A stretch of 64,000 nt of DNA from Eledone cirrhosa (taxonomy: Eukaryota), in NCBI GenBank assembly GCA_964016885.1, contig OZ024760.1:34100001-34164000 (forward strand), given 5' to 3'. The notes under the pieces are model-generated. The model was not told the origin of the DNA. It ran no database searches and saw nothing but the letters and a program-made list of their open reading frames with translations. The stretch's first letter is position 1. Every line of letters begins with the position of its first letter. The position numbers and the translations under genes are program-made. Of the stretch, positions 13,801 to 28,800 are shown piece by piece.

Positions 13801-16800
13801 TTAGAAAACATGAGAAACGTGAGAAGACAAGACAAGACAGACATGAGAAGATATGAGAGACGTGAGAAGACATGACAGACGTGAGAAGACATGACAGAAG
13901 AAGATATGCCAGACATGAGGAGACATGACAGACGTAAAAATTCATGACCTACATGATAAGACATGATAGACAGGAGAATACAGGACCGACGTGAGAGGAC
14001 ATGACAGACGTGAGAAACATGACAGACGTGAGAAGACATGACAGACGTTAGAAAACATAACAGACACGAGAAGACATGACAGACACGAGAAAACATGACA
14101 GACGTGAGAAGACATGACAGACTTGAGAAGACATGACAGATGTGGGAAGACAAAACAGACGTGAGAAGACATGACATACATGATAATATATGACAGGCGT
14201 GAGAAGAAATGACAGACGTGAGAAGAAATGAGAGACGGGAGAAAATATGACAGACGTGAGAGGACATGACAGACGTGAGAAGACATAACAGACACGGGAA
14301 GAGAAGACTTGAAAGACGTGAGAAGACATGACAGATGTGGGAAGACATGACAGACGTGAGAAGAGATGACAGACACGAGAATATATCAGAGACGTGAGCA
14401 GACATGAAAGACGTGTGAAGGCATAACAGACGAGAGAAGACATGACATGCGTGAGAAAACATAACAGACGTGAGAAGACATGACAGACGTGAGAAGACAT
14501 GACAGACGCGAGAAGACATGATAGACATAACAAGACATGACATACACGAGAAGATATGACAGGCGTGAGAAGACATGACAGGCGGGAGAAGACATGAGAG
14601 ACACGAGAAGACATGACAGACACGAGAAGACGTGACAGAATTGAGATGACTTGAAATACGTGAAAAGACACGAGAGACGCGAGAAGACATGACAGACATG
14701 AGAAGACATGACTTACGTGATAAGAGATGAGAGACAGGAGAAGACATGACAGACGTGAGAGGACATGACAGACGTGAGAAAACATGAGAGATCGGAGAAG
14801 ACATAAGACACGTGAGAAGACATGAGAGTCACGAAAATACATGATAGACGAGAGAAAACATGAGAGACGATAGAAGACATGACAGAGACGAGAAAACATG
14901 ACAGACGTGAGAAGATATGAGAGACGTGAGAAGACATGAGAAGACATGACAGGCGTGAGAAGACATGTCATACGTGACAAGATATGAGAGACGGGAGAAA
15001 ACATGACAGACGTGAGAGGACTTGACAGACGTGAGAAGACATAATAGACACGGGAAGACAAGACATGACTGACACGAGAAGACATGACAGACGTGAGAAG
15101 ACATGACAAACGTGAGAAGGCATAACGGACACGAGAATACGTGATAGACACGCGAAGACATGACAGAAACGAGAAGACATGACAGACGTGAGAAACATGA
15201 CAGACGTGGGAAGACATGAGATACGTGAAAAGACATGACAGACGTGGGAAGACATGACATACGTGAGCAGACATGACAGAGATGAGAAGACATGATAGAC
15301 ACGCGAAGATATGACAGAGACGAGAAAACATGACAGACGTGAGAAGACATGACAGATATGAGAAGACATGACAGACGCGCGAAGACATGACAGACACCAG
15401 AAGACATAACAGTCTCGAGAAGACGTAACATACGTGAGAAGACTTGACAGATGTGAGAAGACATGACAGACGTCAGAAGACATGTCTGACACGAGAAGAT
15501 ATGACAGTCACGAGAAGACATGACAGACACGAGAAGACATGACAGACGTGGCAAGACATGAGAGCCGTGAGAAGACATGACAGACACAAGAAAACATGAC
15601 AGACGTGAGAAGACATGACAGACGTGGGAAGACATGACAGACACGAGAACACATGACAGGCATGGGAAGACATGACAGGCGGGAGAAGTCATGACAGAGG
15701 TGAGAAGACATGACAGTCGTGAGAAGACATGACACACGGGAGAAGACATGACAGACGTGAGAAGACATGACAGAAGTGAGACGGCATGACAGACAAGAGA
15801 AGACATGATAGACACGAGAAGACATGACAGACGTGAGAAGACATGAGAGAGGTGAGAAGACATGACAGACGTGAGAATACATGTCAGAAGTGAGACGACA
15901 TGACAGACAAGAGAAGACATGACAGGCGTGAGAAGACATGAAATATGTTAGAAAACATGAGAAACGTGAGAAGACAAGACAAGACAGACATGAGAAGATA
16001 TGAGAGATGTGAGAAGACATGACAGACGTGAGAAGACATGACAGAAGAAGATATGCCAGACATTAGGAGACATGCCAGACACGAGAAGACATGACAGACG
16101 TAAGAATTCATGACCTACGTGATAAGACATGATAGACAGGAGAATACATGACCGACGTGAGAGGATATGACAGACGTCAGAAATATGACAGACGTGAGAA
16201 GACATGTCAGACGTTAGAAAACATGACAGACACGAGAAGACATGACAGACACGAGAAAACATGACAGACGTGAGAAGACATGACAGACTTGAGAAGACAT
16301 GACAGATGTGAGAAGACATAACAGACGTGAGAAACATGACAGACGTGGGAAGACATGACATACGTGAAAAGACATGACAGACGTGGGAAGACATGACATA
16401 CGTGAGCAGACATGACAGAGATGAGAAGACATGATAGACACGCGAAGATATGACAGAGACGATAAAACATGCCCTCTCGTGTCTATCATGTCTTATCACG
16501 TCTGTCAAGTCTTTTCACGTCTGTCATGTCTTTTCACGTCTGTCATGTCTTCTTACGTATGTCAAGTCTTCCCACCTCTGTCATGTCTTCTCACGTCTGT
16601 CATGTCTTCTCGCGTCTGTCATGTCTTCCCGCGTCTGTCATGTCTTCTCACATCTGTCATGTCTTCCCACGTTTGTCATGTCTTCTCACATCTGTCATGT
16701 CTTCCAACGTCTGTCATATCGTCTTGTTTCTGCCATGTCATCTCGTGTCTGTCATGTCTTTTCGTATCTGTCATGTCTTCTCGTGTCTATCATGTCTTCT

Positions 16801-19800
16801 TACGTCTGTAATGTCTTCTTGTATCTGTCATGTCTTCTCACGTCTGTCATGTCATCTTACCTCTGTCATGTCTGCTACTGTCTGTCATGTCTTCTCGTGT
16901 CTGTCATAACTTCTCGTGTCTGTCATGTCTTCTCACGTCTGTCATTCTGCTACTGTCTGTCATGTCTTCTCGTGTCTGTCATAACTTCTGGTGTCTGTCA
17001 TGTCTTCTCACGTCTGTCATTCTGCTACTGTCTGTCATGTCTTGTGTCGGTCATAACTTCTCGTGTCTGTCATGTCTTCTCACGTCTGTCAAGTCTGCTC
17101 ACGTCTGTCACGTCTTCTCGTGCCTGTCATGTCTTCTCGTGTTTGTCATGTCTTCGCGCGTCTGTCATGTCTTCTCACGTCTGTCATGTCTTCTCACGTC
17201 TGTCATGTCTTCTCCAGTGTGTCATGTCTTCACACGTCTGTCATGTCTTCTCACGTCTGTCATGTCTTCCCGTTTCTGTCATGTCTTCTCATGTCTGACA
17301 TGTCTTCTCACGTATGTCATGTCTGTTATGTCTTCTCGTATCTGTTCTGTCTTCTCACGTTTGTCATGTCTTCTCGTGTCTGTCATGTCTTGTCGTCTCG
17401 TGTTTATCATGTCTTCTCACGTCTGTCATGTCTTCTCGTATCAGTCATATATTCTCGTGTCTGTTATTTCTTCTCACGTCTGTCACGTCCTCTCCCGTCT
17501 GTCATGTTTTCTCCCGTCTCTCATGACTTCTCACGTATGTCATGTCTTCTCACGCCTGTCATGTCTTCTCGTGTCAGTCATATCTTCTCGTATCTGTCAT
17601 GTCTTCTCACGACTGTCATATCTTTTCACGTCTGTCATGTCTTTTCGTTACTCTCGTCTTCTCACGTCTGTTATGTCTTCTCACGTCTGTCATGTTTCTC
17701 ACGTCTGTCATGTCCTCTCATGCATGTCATGTTTTCTCCTGTCTCTCATGTCTTATCACGTAGGTCATGACTTCTCACGTCTGTCATGTCTTCTCGTGTC
17801 TGTCATGTCTTCTCGTGTCTGTCATGTCTTCTCAGGTCTGTCAGGTCTTCTAACTTCTGTCATGTCTTCTAGTGTCTGTCATGTGTTCTCGTGTCTGTCA
17901 TGTCTTCCCACGTCTGTCATGTCTTCTCACGTCTGTCATGTCTTCTTACGTCTGTCATGTCTACTAGTGTCTGTCATGTCTTCTCACGTATGACATATCT
18001 TCTCACGTCTGTCATGGCTTTTCACGTATGTCAAGTTTTTTCACGTCTGTCACGTCTTCTCGTGCCTGTCATGTCTTCTCGTATGTGTCATGTCTTCGCG
18101 CGTCTGTCATGTCTTCTCACGTCTGTCATGTCTTCTCACGTCTGTTATGTTTTTTCACGTCTGTCATGTCTTCTCCCGTCTGTTATACCTTCACACGTCT
18201 TTCATGTCTGCTCACGTCTCTGATATATTCTCGTGTCTGTCATGTCTTCTCTCGTCTCTCATGTCTTCCCACATCTGTCATGTCTTCTCACGTCCGTCAT
18301 GTCTTCTGACGTCTGTCATGTCTTCTCACGTCTGTGATAGCTTCTCGTGTCTGACATGTCTTCTCACGCCTGTCATGTTTTCTCACGTCTGTAATGTCTT
18401 CTCGTGTCTCTCATGTCTTCTAGCGTCCGTCAGGTCTTCCCACGTCTGTCATGTCTTCTCACATCTGTCATGTCTTCCCGTGTCTGTTATGTCTTCTCGT
18501 TTCTGTCATGCCTTCTCGTGTCTGTCATGTCTTCTCGTGTCTGTCATGTCTTCTCGTCTCTGTCATGTCTTCTCACGTCTGTCATGTCTTATGTCTGTCA
18601 TGTCTTCTCCCGTCTGTCATGTCTTCCCATCTCTGTCATGTCTTCTCAGGTCTGTTATTTCTTCTACAATCTGTCATGCCATCTCATGTCTGTCATGTCT
18701 CCTCACGCCTGTCATGTCTTCTCACGTCTGTCATGTCTTCTCACGTCTGTCATGTCTTCTCGTGTCTGTCACGCCTTCTTGTGGCTGTCATGTCTTCTAA
18801 TGTCTGTCATGTCTTCTCCCGTGTGTCATGTCTTCTCACGACTGTCATGTCTTCTCACCTCTGTCATGTCTTCTCACGTATGTCATGTCTTCCCACGTCT
18901 GTCATGTCTTCTCACGTCTGTTATGTCTTCGCATCTCTGTCACGTCTTTGCGTATCTGTCACGTCTTCTCGTGTCTGTTATGCCTTCTCACGTTTGTCAT
19001 GTCTTCTCACGTCTTTCATGTCTTCACGTGTCTGTCATGGTTTCTCCCGTCTCTCATGTCTTCTCACGTCTGTCATGTATTCTCACGCCTGTCATGTATT
19101 CTCGCGTCTGTCATGTCTTCTCACGTATGTTATGTCTTCTCACGTCTCTCATGTTTTCTCACGTCTATCATGTATTTTCGTGACTCACATGTCTTCTCAC
19201 GTGTGCCATCTCTTCTCACGTCTGTCATGTCTTCTCATGTCCGTCATGTTTTCTCCCATCTATCATGTCTTCTCACGTCTCTCATGTCTTCTCGTGTCTG
19301 TCATGTTTTCTCACGTCTGTCATGTCCTCCCACGTCTGTCATGTCTTCTCCTGTCTCTCATCTCTTATCACGTAAGTCATATCTTCTAACGTCTTCATGT
19401 CTTCTCGTGCCTGTAATGTCTGCTCGTGTCTGGCATAACTTCTCACGGCTGTCATGTCTTTTCACGTATTTCAAGTCATCTCACGTCTGTCACGTCTTCT
19501 CGTGTCTGTCATGTCTTCTCCTGGCTGTCATGTCTTCTCGTAGGTGTCATGTCTTCTCCCGCCTGTCATGTCTTCTCGTGTCTGTCACGCCTTCTCCCGT
19601 GTGTCATGTCTTCTCACGACTATCATGTCTTCTCACCTCTGTCATGTCTTCTCACGTATGTCATGTCTTCCCACGTCTGTCATGCCTTCTCACGTTTGTC
19701 ATGTCTTCTCCCGTCTTTCATGTCTTCTCGTGTCTGTCATGGTTTCTCCCGTCTCTCAAGTCTTCTCACGTCTGTCATGTCTTCTCACGCCTGTCATATC

Positions 19801-22800
19801 TTCTCGTGTATATAATGTCTTCTTCTGTCTGTCATGTCTTCTCACGTCTGTCATGTGTTCTCGTGTCTGTCATGTCTTCTCACGTCTGTCATGTCTTCTC
19901 ACGTCTGTTATGTTTTTTCACGTCTGTCATGTCTTCTCCCATCTGTTATACCTTCACACGTCTTTCATGTCTGCTCACGTCTCTGATATATTCTCGTGTC
20001 TGTCATGTCTTCTCTCGTCTCTCATGTCTTCCCACATCTGTCATGTCTTCTCACGTCCGTCATGTCTTCTGACGTCTGTCATGTCTTCTCGTTTATCTCA
20101 TGACTTCTCAGGTCTGTAATGTCGTCACGTCTGTCATGTCTTCACACGTCTTTCATGTCTTCTCACGTCTGTGATAGCTTCTCGTGTCTGACATGTCTTC
20201 TCACGCCTGTCATGTCTTCTCACGTCTGTAATGTCTTCTCGTGTCTCTCATGTCTTCTAGCGTCCGTCAGGTCTTCCCACGTCTGTCATGTCTTCTCACA
20301 TCTGTCATGTCTTCTCGTGTCTGTTATGTCTTCTCGTTTCTGTCATGACTTCTCGTGTCTGTCATGTCTTCTCGTGTCTGTCATGTCTTCTCGTCTCTGT
20401 CATGTCTTCTCACGTCTGTCATGTCTTATGTCTGTCATGTCTTCTCCCGTCTGTCATGTCTTCCCATCTCTGTCATGTCTTCTCAGGTCTGTTATTTCTT
20501 CTACAATCTGTCATGCCATCTCATGTCTGTCATGTCTCCTCACATCTGTCATTTCTTCTCGTGTCTCTCATGTATTCTAGCGTCAGTCAGGTCTTCCCAC
20601 GTCTGTCATGTCTTCTCACATCTGTCATGTCTTCCCGTGTCTGTTATGTCTTCTCGTTTCTGTTATGCCTTCTCGTGTCTGTCATGTCTTTTCGTGTCTG
20701 TCATGTCTTCTCGTCTCTGTCATGTCTTCTCACGTCTGTCATGTCTTATGTCTGTCATGTCTTCTCCCGTCTATCATGTCTTCCCATCTCTGTCATGTCT
20801 TCTCAGGTCTGTTATTTCTTCTACAATCTGTCATGCCATCTCATGTCTGTCATGTCTCCTCACGTCTGTCATGTCTTCTCATGTCTGTCATGTCTCCTCA
20901 CGTCTGTCATGTCTTCTCCCGTGTGTCATGTCTTCTCACGACTGTCATGTCTTCTCACCTCTGTCATGTCTTCCCACGTCTGTCATGTCTTCTCACGTCT
21001 GTTATGTCTTCGCATCTCTGTCACGTCTTTGCGTATCTGTCACGTCTTCTCGTGTCTGTCATACCTTCTCACGTTTGTCATGTCTTCTCACGTCTTTCAT
21101 GTCTTCTTGTGTCTGTCATGGTTTCTCCCGTCTCTCATGTCTTCTTACGTCTGTCATGTCTTCTCACGCCTGTCATGTATTCTCGCGTCTGTCATGTCTT
21201 CTCACGTCTGTTATGTCTTCTCACGTCTGTCATGTTTTCTCGTGTCTGTCATGTCTTCTCGTGTCTCTCATGTTTTCTAACGTCTGTCATGTCTTCTCGT
21301 GTCTGTCACGCCTTCTCGTGGCTGTCATGTTTTCTAATGTCTGTCATGTCCTCTCCCGTGTGCCATGTCTTCTCACGACTGTCATGTCTTCTCACCTCTG
21401 TCATGTCTTCTCACGTATGTCATGTCTTCTCACGTCTGTCATGTCTTCGCATCTCTGTCACGTCTTTGCGTATCTGTCACGTCTTCCCGTGTCTGTTATG
21501 CCTTCTCAAGTTTGTCATGTTTTCTCACGCCTGTCATGTCTTCTCACGTCTGTCATGTCTTCTCACGCCTGTCATGTATTCTCGTGTCTGTCATGTCTTC
21601 TCACGTCTGTCAGTTTTCTCACATCTGTCATGTCTTCCCGTGTCTGTTATGTCTTCTCGTTTCTGTCATGTCTTCTCGTCTCTGTCATGTCTTCTCACGT
21701 CTGTCATGTCTTATGTCTGTCATGTCTTCTCCCGTCTGTCATGTCTTCCCATCTCTGTCATGTCTTCTCAGGTCTGTTATTTCTTCTACAATCTGTCATG
21801 CCATCTCATGTCTGTCATGTCTCCTCACGTCTGTCATGTCTTCTCACGTCTGTCATGTCTTCTCACGTCTGTCATGTCTTCTCGTGTCTGTCACGCCTTC
21901 TTGTGGCTGTCATGTCTTCTAATGTCTGTCATGTCTTCACACGTCTGTCATGTCTTCGCATCTCTGTCACGTCTTTGCGTATCTGTCACGTCTTCTCGTG
22001 TCTGTCACGCCTTCTCGTGGCTGTCATGTTTTCTAATATCTGTCATGTCCTCTCCCGTGTGCCATGTCTTCTCACGACTGTCATGTCTTCTCACCTCTGT
22101 CATGTCTTCTCACGTATGTCATGTCTTCCCACGTTTGTCATGTCTTCTCACGTCTTTCATGTCTTCTCGTGTCTGTCATGTTTTCTCCCGTCTCTCATGT
22201 CTTCTCGCGTCTGTCATGTCTTCTCACGCCTGTCATGTATTCTCGTGTCTGTCATGTCTTCTCACGTCTGTTATGTTTTCTCACGTCTGTCATGTCTTCT
22301 CATGTATGTCATGTCTTCTCACGTCTGTCATTTTTCTCACGTCTGTCATGTCCTCTCACGCCTGTCATATCTTCTCGTGTATGTCATGTCTTCTCACGTA
22401 TGTCATGTGATCTCGTGTCTGTCATGTCTTCTCATGTCTGTCTTGTCTTCTCACGTCTCTCACGTTTTCTAACGTATGTCATGTCTTCTCACGTCTGTCA
22501 TGTCTTCTCTTGTCTGTCATGTCGTCTCACTTCTATCATGTATTCTCACGTCTGTCATGTCTTCTCACCTCTCTCATGTCTTCTCACGTCTGTCATGTCT
22601 TCTCACATCTGTCATGTCTTCTCACCTCTGTCAGGTCTTCTCGTTTCTGTCATCTCTTCTCACGTCTGTCATGTCTTCTCACGTCTGTCCTGTCTTCCCA
22701 CGTCTGTCATGTCTTCTCACCTCTGTCATGTCTTCTGACGTCTGTCATGTCTTATAACGTCTGTCACGTCTTCTCGTTTATGTCATGTCTTCTCACGTCT

Positions 22801-25800
22801 GTAATGTCTTCACACTTCTTTCATGTCTTCTCAAGTCTGTCATGTCTTCTCATGTCTGTCATGTCATCTAACGTCTGTCATGTCTTCTCACGTCTGTCAC
22901 GTTTTCTCATGTCTGTCATGTCTTTTCGTGTCTGTCATGTCTTCTCATGTCTGTCATGTCTTCCCACGTCTGTCATGTCTTCACACGTCTGTCATGTCTT
23001 CTCATCTCTGTCATGTCTTCTCGTGTCTGTCATGTTTTCTCACGTATGTCATGTCGTCTCCCGTCTGTCATGTTTCTCACGTCGGCCATGTCCTCTCACG
23101 CCTGTTATGACTTCTCACGACAGTCATCTCTTCTCAAGTCTGTCATGTCTTCCCACGTCTGTTCTCTCTTCTCATGTCTGTCATGTCTTCTCGTGTCTGT
23201 CATGTCTTCCCAGGACTGTCATGTCTTCTCAGGTCTGTCATGTCCTCTCACGCCTGTTATGTCTTCTCACGACTGTAATGTGTTCTCATGTCTGTCATGT
23301 ATTCCCACGTCTGTCATGTCTTCTTGTTTCTGTTATGTCTTCTCGTGTCTGTCATGTCTTCCCATGGCTGCCATGTCTTCCGACGTCTGTCCTGTCTTCT
23401 CGTGTCTGTCATGTCTTCTCGTTTCTGTCATGTTTTCTCGTGTCTGTCATGTCTTCTGACGTCTGTCATGTCTTCTCACATCAGTCATGTCTTCTCACCC
23501 CTCTCATGTCTTCTCACGTATGTCATCTCTTCTTACGCCTCTCATGTCTTTTCACACCTGTCATATCTTCTCGTGTATGTAAGGACTTCTCACGTCTGTC
23601 ATGTCTTCTCACCTCTCTCATGTCTTCTAACGACTGTCATGTTTTCTCACATCTGTCATGTCTTCTCACCTCTGTCATGTCTTCTCGTGTCTGTCATGAC
23701 TTCTCGTTTCTGTCATGTCTTCTCACGTCTGTAATGTCGTCACCTCTGTCATGTATTCACACGTCTTTCATGTCTTCTCAAGTCTGTCATGTCTTCTCGT
23801 GTCCGTCATGTCTTATCACGTCTGTCATGTTTTCTCCTGTCTGTCATGTCTTTTCGTGTCTGTCATGTCTTCTCACGTCTGTCATGTCTTCTCACGTCTG
23901 TCATGTCTTCCCACGACTGTCATGCTTCTCAAGTCGGTCATGTCCTCTCACGTCTGTTATGTCTTCTCACGACAGTCATGTCTTCTCACGTCTGTCATGT
24001 CTTCTCACGTCTGTCATGTCTTCCGACGTCTGACATGTCTTCTCACGTCTGTCATGTCTTCTCGTGTCTGTCATGTCTTCTCGTGTCTATCATGTCTTCT
24101 CCCGTCTGTCATTTGTTCTCATCTCTGTCATGTCTTCTTACGTCTGTCATGTCTTCCCACGTCTGACATGTCTTCTTGTTTCTGTCATGTCTTCTCGTGT
24201 CTGTCATGTCTTCTCACGGCTTTAATGTCGGCTAACGTCTGTCATGTCTTCACACGTCTTTCATGTCTTCTCACGTCTGTTATGTCTTCTCACGGCTGTC
24301 ATGTCTTCTCATGTCTCTCACGTTGTCTAACGTATGTCATGTCTTCTCACCTCTCTCATGTCTTCTCACGTCTGTCATGTCTTCTCACATCTGTACTGTT
24401 TCTCACCTCTGTCAGGTCTTCTCGTGTCTGTCATCTCTTCTCACCTCTGTCATGTCTTGTCACGTCTGTCACGTATTCCCACGTCTGTCATGTCTTCTCA
24501 CCTCTCTCATGTCTTCTCACGTCTGTCATGTCTTCTCACGCCTGTCATATCTTCTCGTGTATGTCATGTCTTCTCACGTCTGTCATGTGATCTCGTGTCT
24601 GTCATGTCTTCTCACGTCTGTCATGTCTTCTCACGTCTGTCATGTCTTCTCCCGTCTGTCATTTCTTCTCACGTCTGTCATGTCTTCTCGTGTCTGTCAT
24701 GTCTTCTCGTTTCTGTCATGTCTTCTCACGTCTGTAATGTCGTCACGTCTGTCATGTATTCACACGTCTTTCATGTCTTCTCAAGTCTGTCATGTCTTCT
24801 CGTGTCTGTCATGTATTCTAACGTCTGTCATGTCTTATCATGTCTGTCATGTTTTCTCATGTCTGTCATGCCTTCACACGTCTGTCATGTTTTCTCAACT
24901 CTTTCATGTCTTCTCGTGACTGTCATGTTTCCTCACGTCTGACATGTCTTCTCACGTCTGTCATGTCTTCTCACGACTGTCATGTCTTCTCACGTCTGTC
25001 ATGTTTTCTCACATTTGTCATGTCTTCTCACCTCTGTCAGGTCTTCTCGTGTCTGTCATCTCTTCTGGCGTCTGTCATGTCTTCTCACGTCTGTCATGTA
25101 TTCCCACGTCTGTCATGTCTTCTCACCTCTCTCATGTCTTCCCACGTCTGTCATGTCTTCTCACGTCTGTCATGTGTTCTTGTGTCTAACATGTCTTCTC
25201 GTCTATGTCATGGCTTCTTCTGTCTGTCATGTCTTTCCCGTCTGTCATGTCTTCTCCCGTCTGTCATGTCTTCTCACATCTGCACGTCCTTTCGTGTATG
25301 TCTTCTCGTTTCTGTCATGTCTTCTCACGTGTTTAATGTCGCCTCACGTCTGTCATGTCTTCACACGTCTTTCATGTCTTCTCACGTCTGTGATATCTTC
25401 TCATGTCTGTCATGTCTTCTCACGTCTGTCATGTCTTCTCACGTCTGTCATGTCTCCCCACGACTGTCGTGTTTCTCACGTTTGTCATGTCCTCTCACGT
25501 CTGTTATGTCTTCTGACGATAGTCATGTCTTGTCACGTCTGTGATGTCTTCTCACGTCTGATATATCTTCTCGTGTCTGTCATGTCTTCTCGTGTCTATC
25601 ATGTCTTCTCACGTCTGTCATTTGTTCTCGTTTCTGTCATGTCTTCCCACGTCTGTCATGTCTTCTCAATTCTGTCATGTTTTCTCACATCTGTCATGTA
25701 TTCTCACGTCTGTCATATCTTCCCACGTCTGACATGTCTTCTTGTTTCTGTCATGTCTTCTCGTGTCTGTCATGTCTTCTCGTGTCTATCATGTCTTCTC

Positions 25801-28800
25801 CTGTCTGTCATGTCTTCTCACGCCTGTCATATCTTCTCACGTCTGTCATGTCATCTCACGTCTGTCATGTCTTCTCGTGTCTGACATGTCTTCTCGTCTC
25901 TGTCATGGCTTCGTACGTCTGTCATGTCTATCCCGTCTGTCATGTCTTCTCCCGACGGTCATGTCTTCTCACGTCCTTTCGTGTCTGTCATGTCTTCTCG
26001 TTCCTGTCATGTGTAATGTCGCCTCACGTCTGTCATGTCTTCACACGTCGTTCATGTTTTCTCACGTCTGTGATATCTTCCCATGTCTGTCATGTCTTCT
26101 CACGCCTGTCATGTCTTCACGCGTCTGTCATGTTTTCTCATCTATATCATGTCTCTCGTGTCTGTCATGTCTTCTCACGGCTGTCATGTCTTCACACGTC
26201 TGTCATGTCTTCTCACGTCTGTCATGTCTTCCCACGACTGTCATGTTTCTCACGTCGGCTATGTCCTCTCACGTCTGTTATGTCTTCTGACGACAGTCAT
26301 GTCTTCTCACGTTTGTCATGTCTTCTCACGTCTGTCATGTCTTCTCACGTCTGTCATGTCTTCCCACGTCTGACATATCTTCTTGTTTTTGTCATGTCCT
26401 CTCGTGTTTCTCATGTCTTCTCGTGTATATCATGTCTTCTCACGTCTGTCATTTGTTTTCGTGTCTGTCATGTCTTCCCACGTCTGTCATGTTTTCTCAG
26501 TTCTGTCATGTCTTCTCACATCTGTCATGTCTTCTCGTGTCTGACATGTCTTCTCGTGTCTGTCATGTCTTCCCACGTCTGTCATGTCTTCTCACGTCTG
26601 TCATGTCTTTTCACGTCCGTCATGTTTTCTCACGTCTGCCATGTCTTCCCACGACTATCAACTTTCTCACGTCGGCTATGTCCTCTGACGCCTGTAATGT
26701 TTTCTCATGTCTGTCATGTCTTCTCACGTCTGTCATGCTTCTCACGTCTGTCACGTCTTCCCACGCCTGTCATATCTTCTCGTGTATGTCATGTCTTCTC
26801 ACGTCTGTCATGTTTTCTCACGTCTCGCATGTCTTTTAGTGTCTCTCATGTCTTCTCACATCTGTCATGTCTTTTCACGTCTGTCATGTCTTCTCATGTC
26901 TGTCATGTCTTCTCACGTCTCTCATGTTGTCTAACGTATGTCATGTCTTCTCAGGTATGTCATGTCTTCTCTTGTCTGTCATGTCTTCTCACTTCTGTCA
27001 TGTCTTCTCACGTCTGTTATGTCTTCTCACATCTGTCATGTCTTGTCACCTCTGTCAGGTCTTCTCGTGTCTGTCATCTCTTCTGACGTCTGTCATGTCT
27101 TCTCACGTCTCTCATGTATTCCCACGTCTGTCATGTCTTCTCACCTCTCTCATGTCTTCTCACGTCTGTCATGTCTTCTCACGCATGTCATGTCTTCTCA
27201 CGCCTGTCATATCTTCTCCTGTATGTCATGTCTTCTCACGTTTGTCATGTCTTCCCACGACTGTCATGTATTCTCACGTCTGTCATGTCTCCTCACGTCT
27301 GTCATATCTTCCCACGTTTGACATGTCTTCTTGTTTCTGTCATGTCTTCTCCTGTCTGTCATGCCTTCACACGTCTGTTATTTGTTCTCGTGTCTGTCAT
27401 TTCTTCTCCCGTCTGTCCTCTCTTCTCGTGTCTGTCATGTCTTCCCACGTCTGTCATGTCTTCTCACGTCTGTCATGTCTTCTCGTGTCTGTCATGTCTC
27501 CTCACGCCTGTCATGTCTTCCCACGTCTGTCATGTCTTCTCACCTCTGTCATGTTTTCTCGAGTCTGTCATGTCTTCTAGTGTCCGTCATGTCTTCTAAC
27601 GTCTGTCATGTCTTATCACGTCTGTCATGTTTTCTCATGCCTGTCATATCTTTTCGTGTCTGTCATGTCTTCCCACGACTGTCATGTTTCTCACGTCGGT
27701 CATGTCCTCTCACGTCTGTTATGTCTTCTCACGACAGTCCTGTGTTCCCACGTCTGTCATGTCTTCTTGTTTCTGTCATGTCTTCTCGTGTCTGTCTTGT
27801 CTTCTCGTGTCTATCATGTCTTCTCACGTCTGTCATTTGTTCTCGTGTCTGTCATGTATTCTCACGTCTGTCCTCTCTTCTCTTGTCTGTCATGTCTTCT
27901 CGTGTCTGTCATGTCTTCTCACGTCTGTTATGTCTTCTCACGTCTGTCATGTCTTCTTACGTCTGTCATGTCTTCTCATGTATGTCATGTCTTTTTAGGT
28001 CTCTCATGTTTTCTCACATTTGTCATGTCTTCTCACCTCTGTCAGGTCTTCTCGTGTCTGTCATCTCTTCTGGCGTCTGTCATGTCTTCTCACGTCTGTC
28101 ATGTATTCCCACGTCTGTCATGTCTTCTCACCTCTCTCATGTCTTCTCACGTCTGTCATGTCTTTTCACGCCTGTCATGTCTTCCCACGCCTGTCATATC
28201 TTCTCGTGTATGTCATGTCTTCTAACGTCTGTCATGTCTTCCCACGACTGTCATGTATTCTCACGTCTGTCATGTCTCCTCACGTCTGTCATATCTTCCC
28301 ACGCCTGTCATGTTTCTCACGTCGGCCATGTCCTCTCACGTCTGTTATGTCTTCTCACGACAGTCCTGTGTTCTCACTCTGTCATGTCTTCTTGTTTCTG
28401 TCATGTCTTCTCCTGTCTGTCATGTCTTCTCGTGTCTATCATGTCTTCTCACGTCTGTCATTTGTTCTCGTGTCTGTCATGTCTTCTCCCGTCTGTCCTC
28501 TCTTCTCGTGTCTGTCATGTCTTCTCGTGTCTGTCATGTCTTCCCACGTATGTCATGTCTTCTCACGTCTGTCATGTCTTCTCGTGTCTCTCATGTCTCC
28601 TCACGTTTGTCATGTCTTCTCACGTCTGTCATGTTTTCCCACGTCTGTCATGTCTTCCCACGTCTGTCATGTCTTCTCACCTCTGTCATGTTTTCTCAAG
28701 TCTGTCATGTCTTCTAGTGTCCGTCATGTCTTCTAACGTCTGTCATGTCGTATCACGTCTGTCATGTTTTCTCATGTCTGTCATATCTTTTCGTGTCTGT

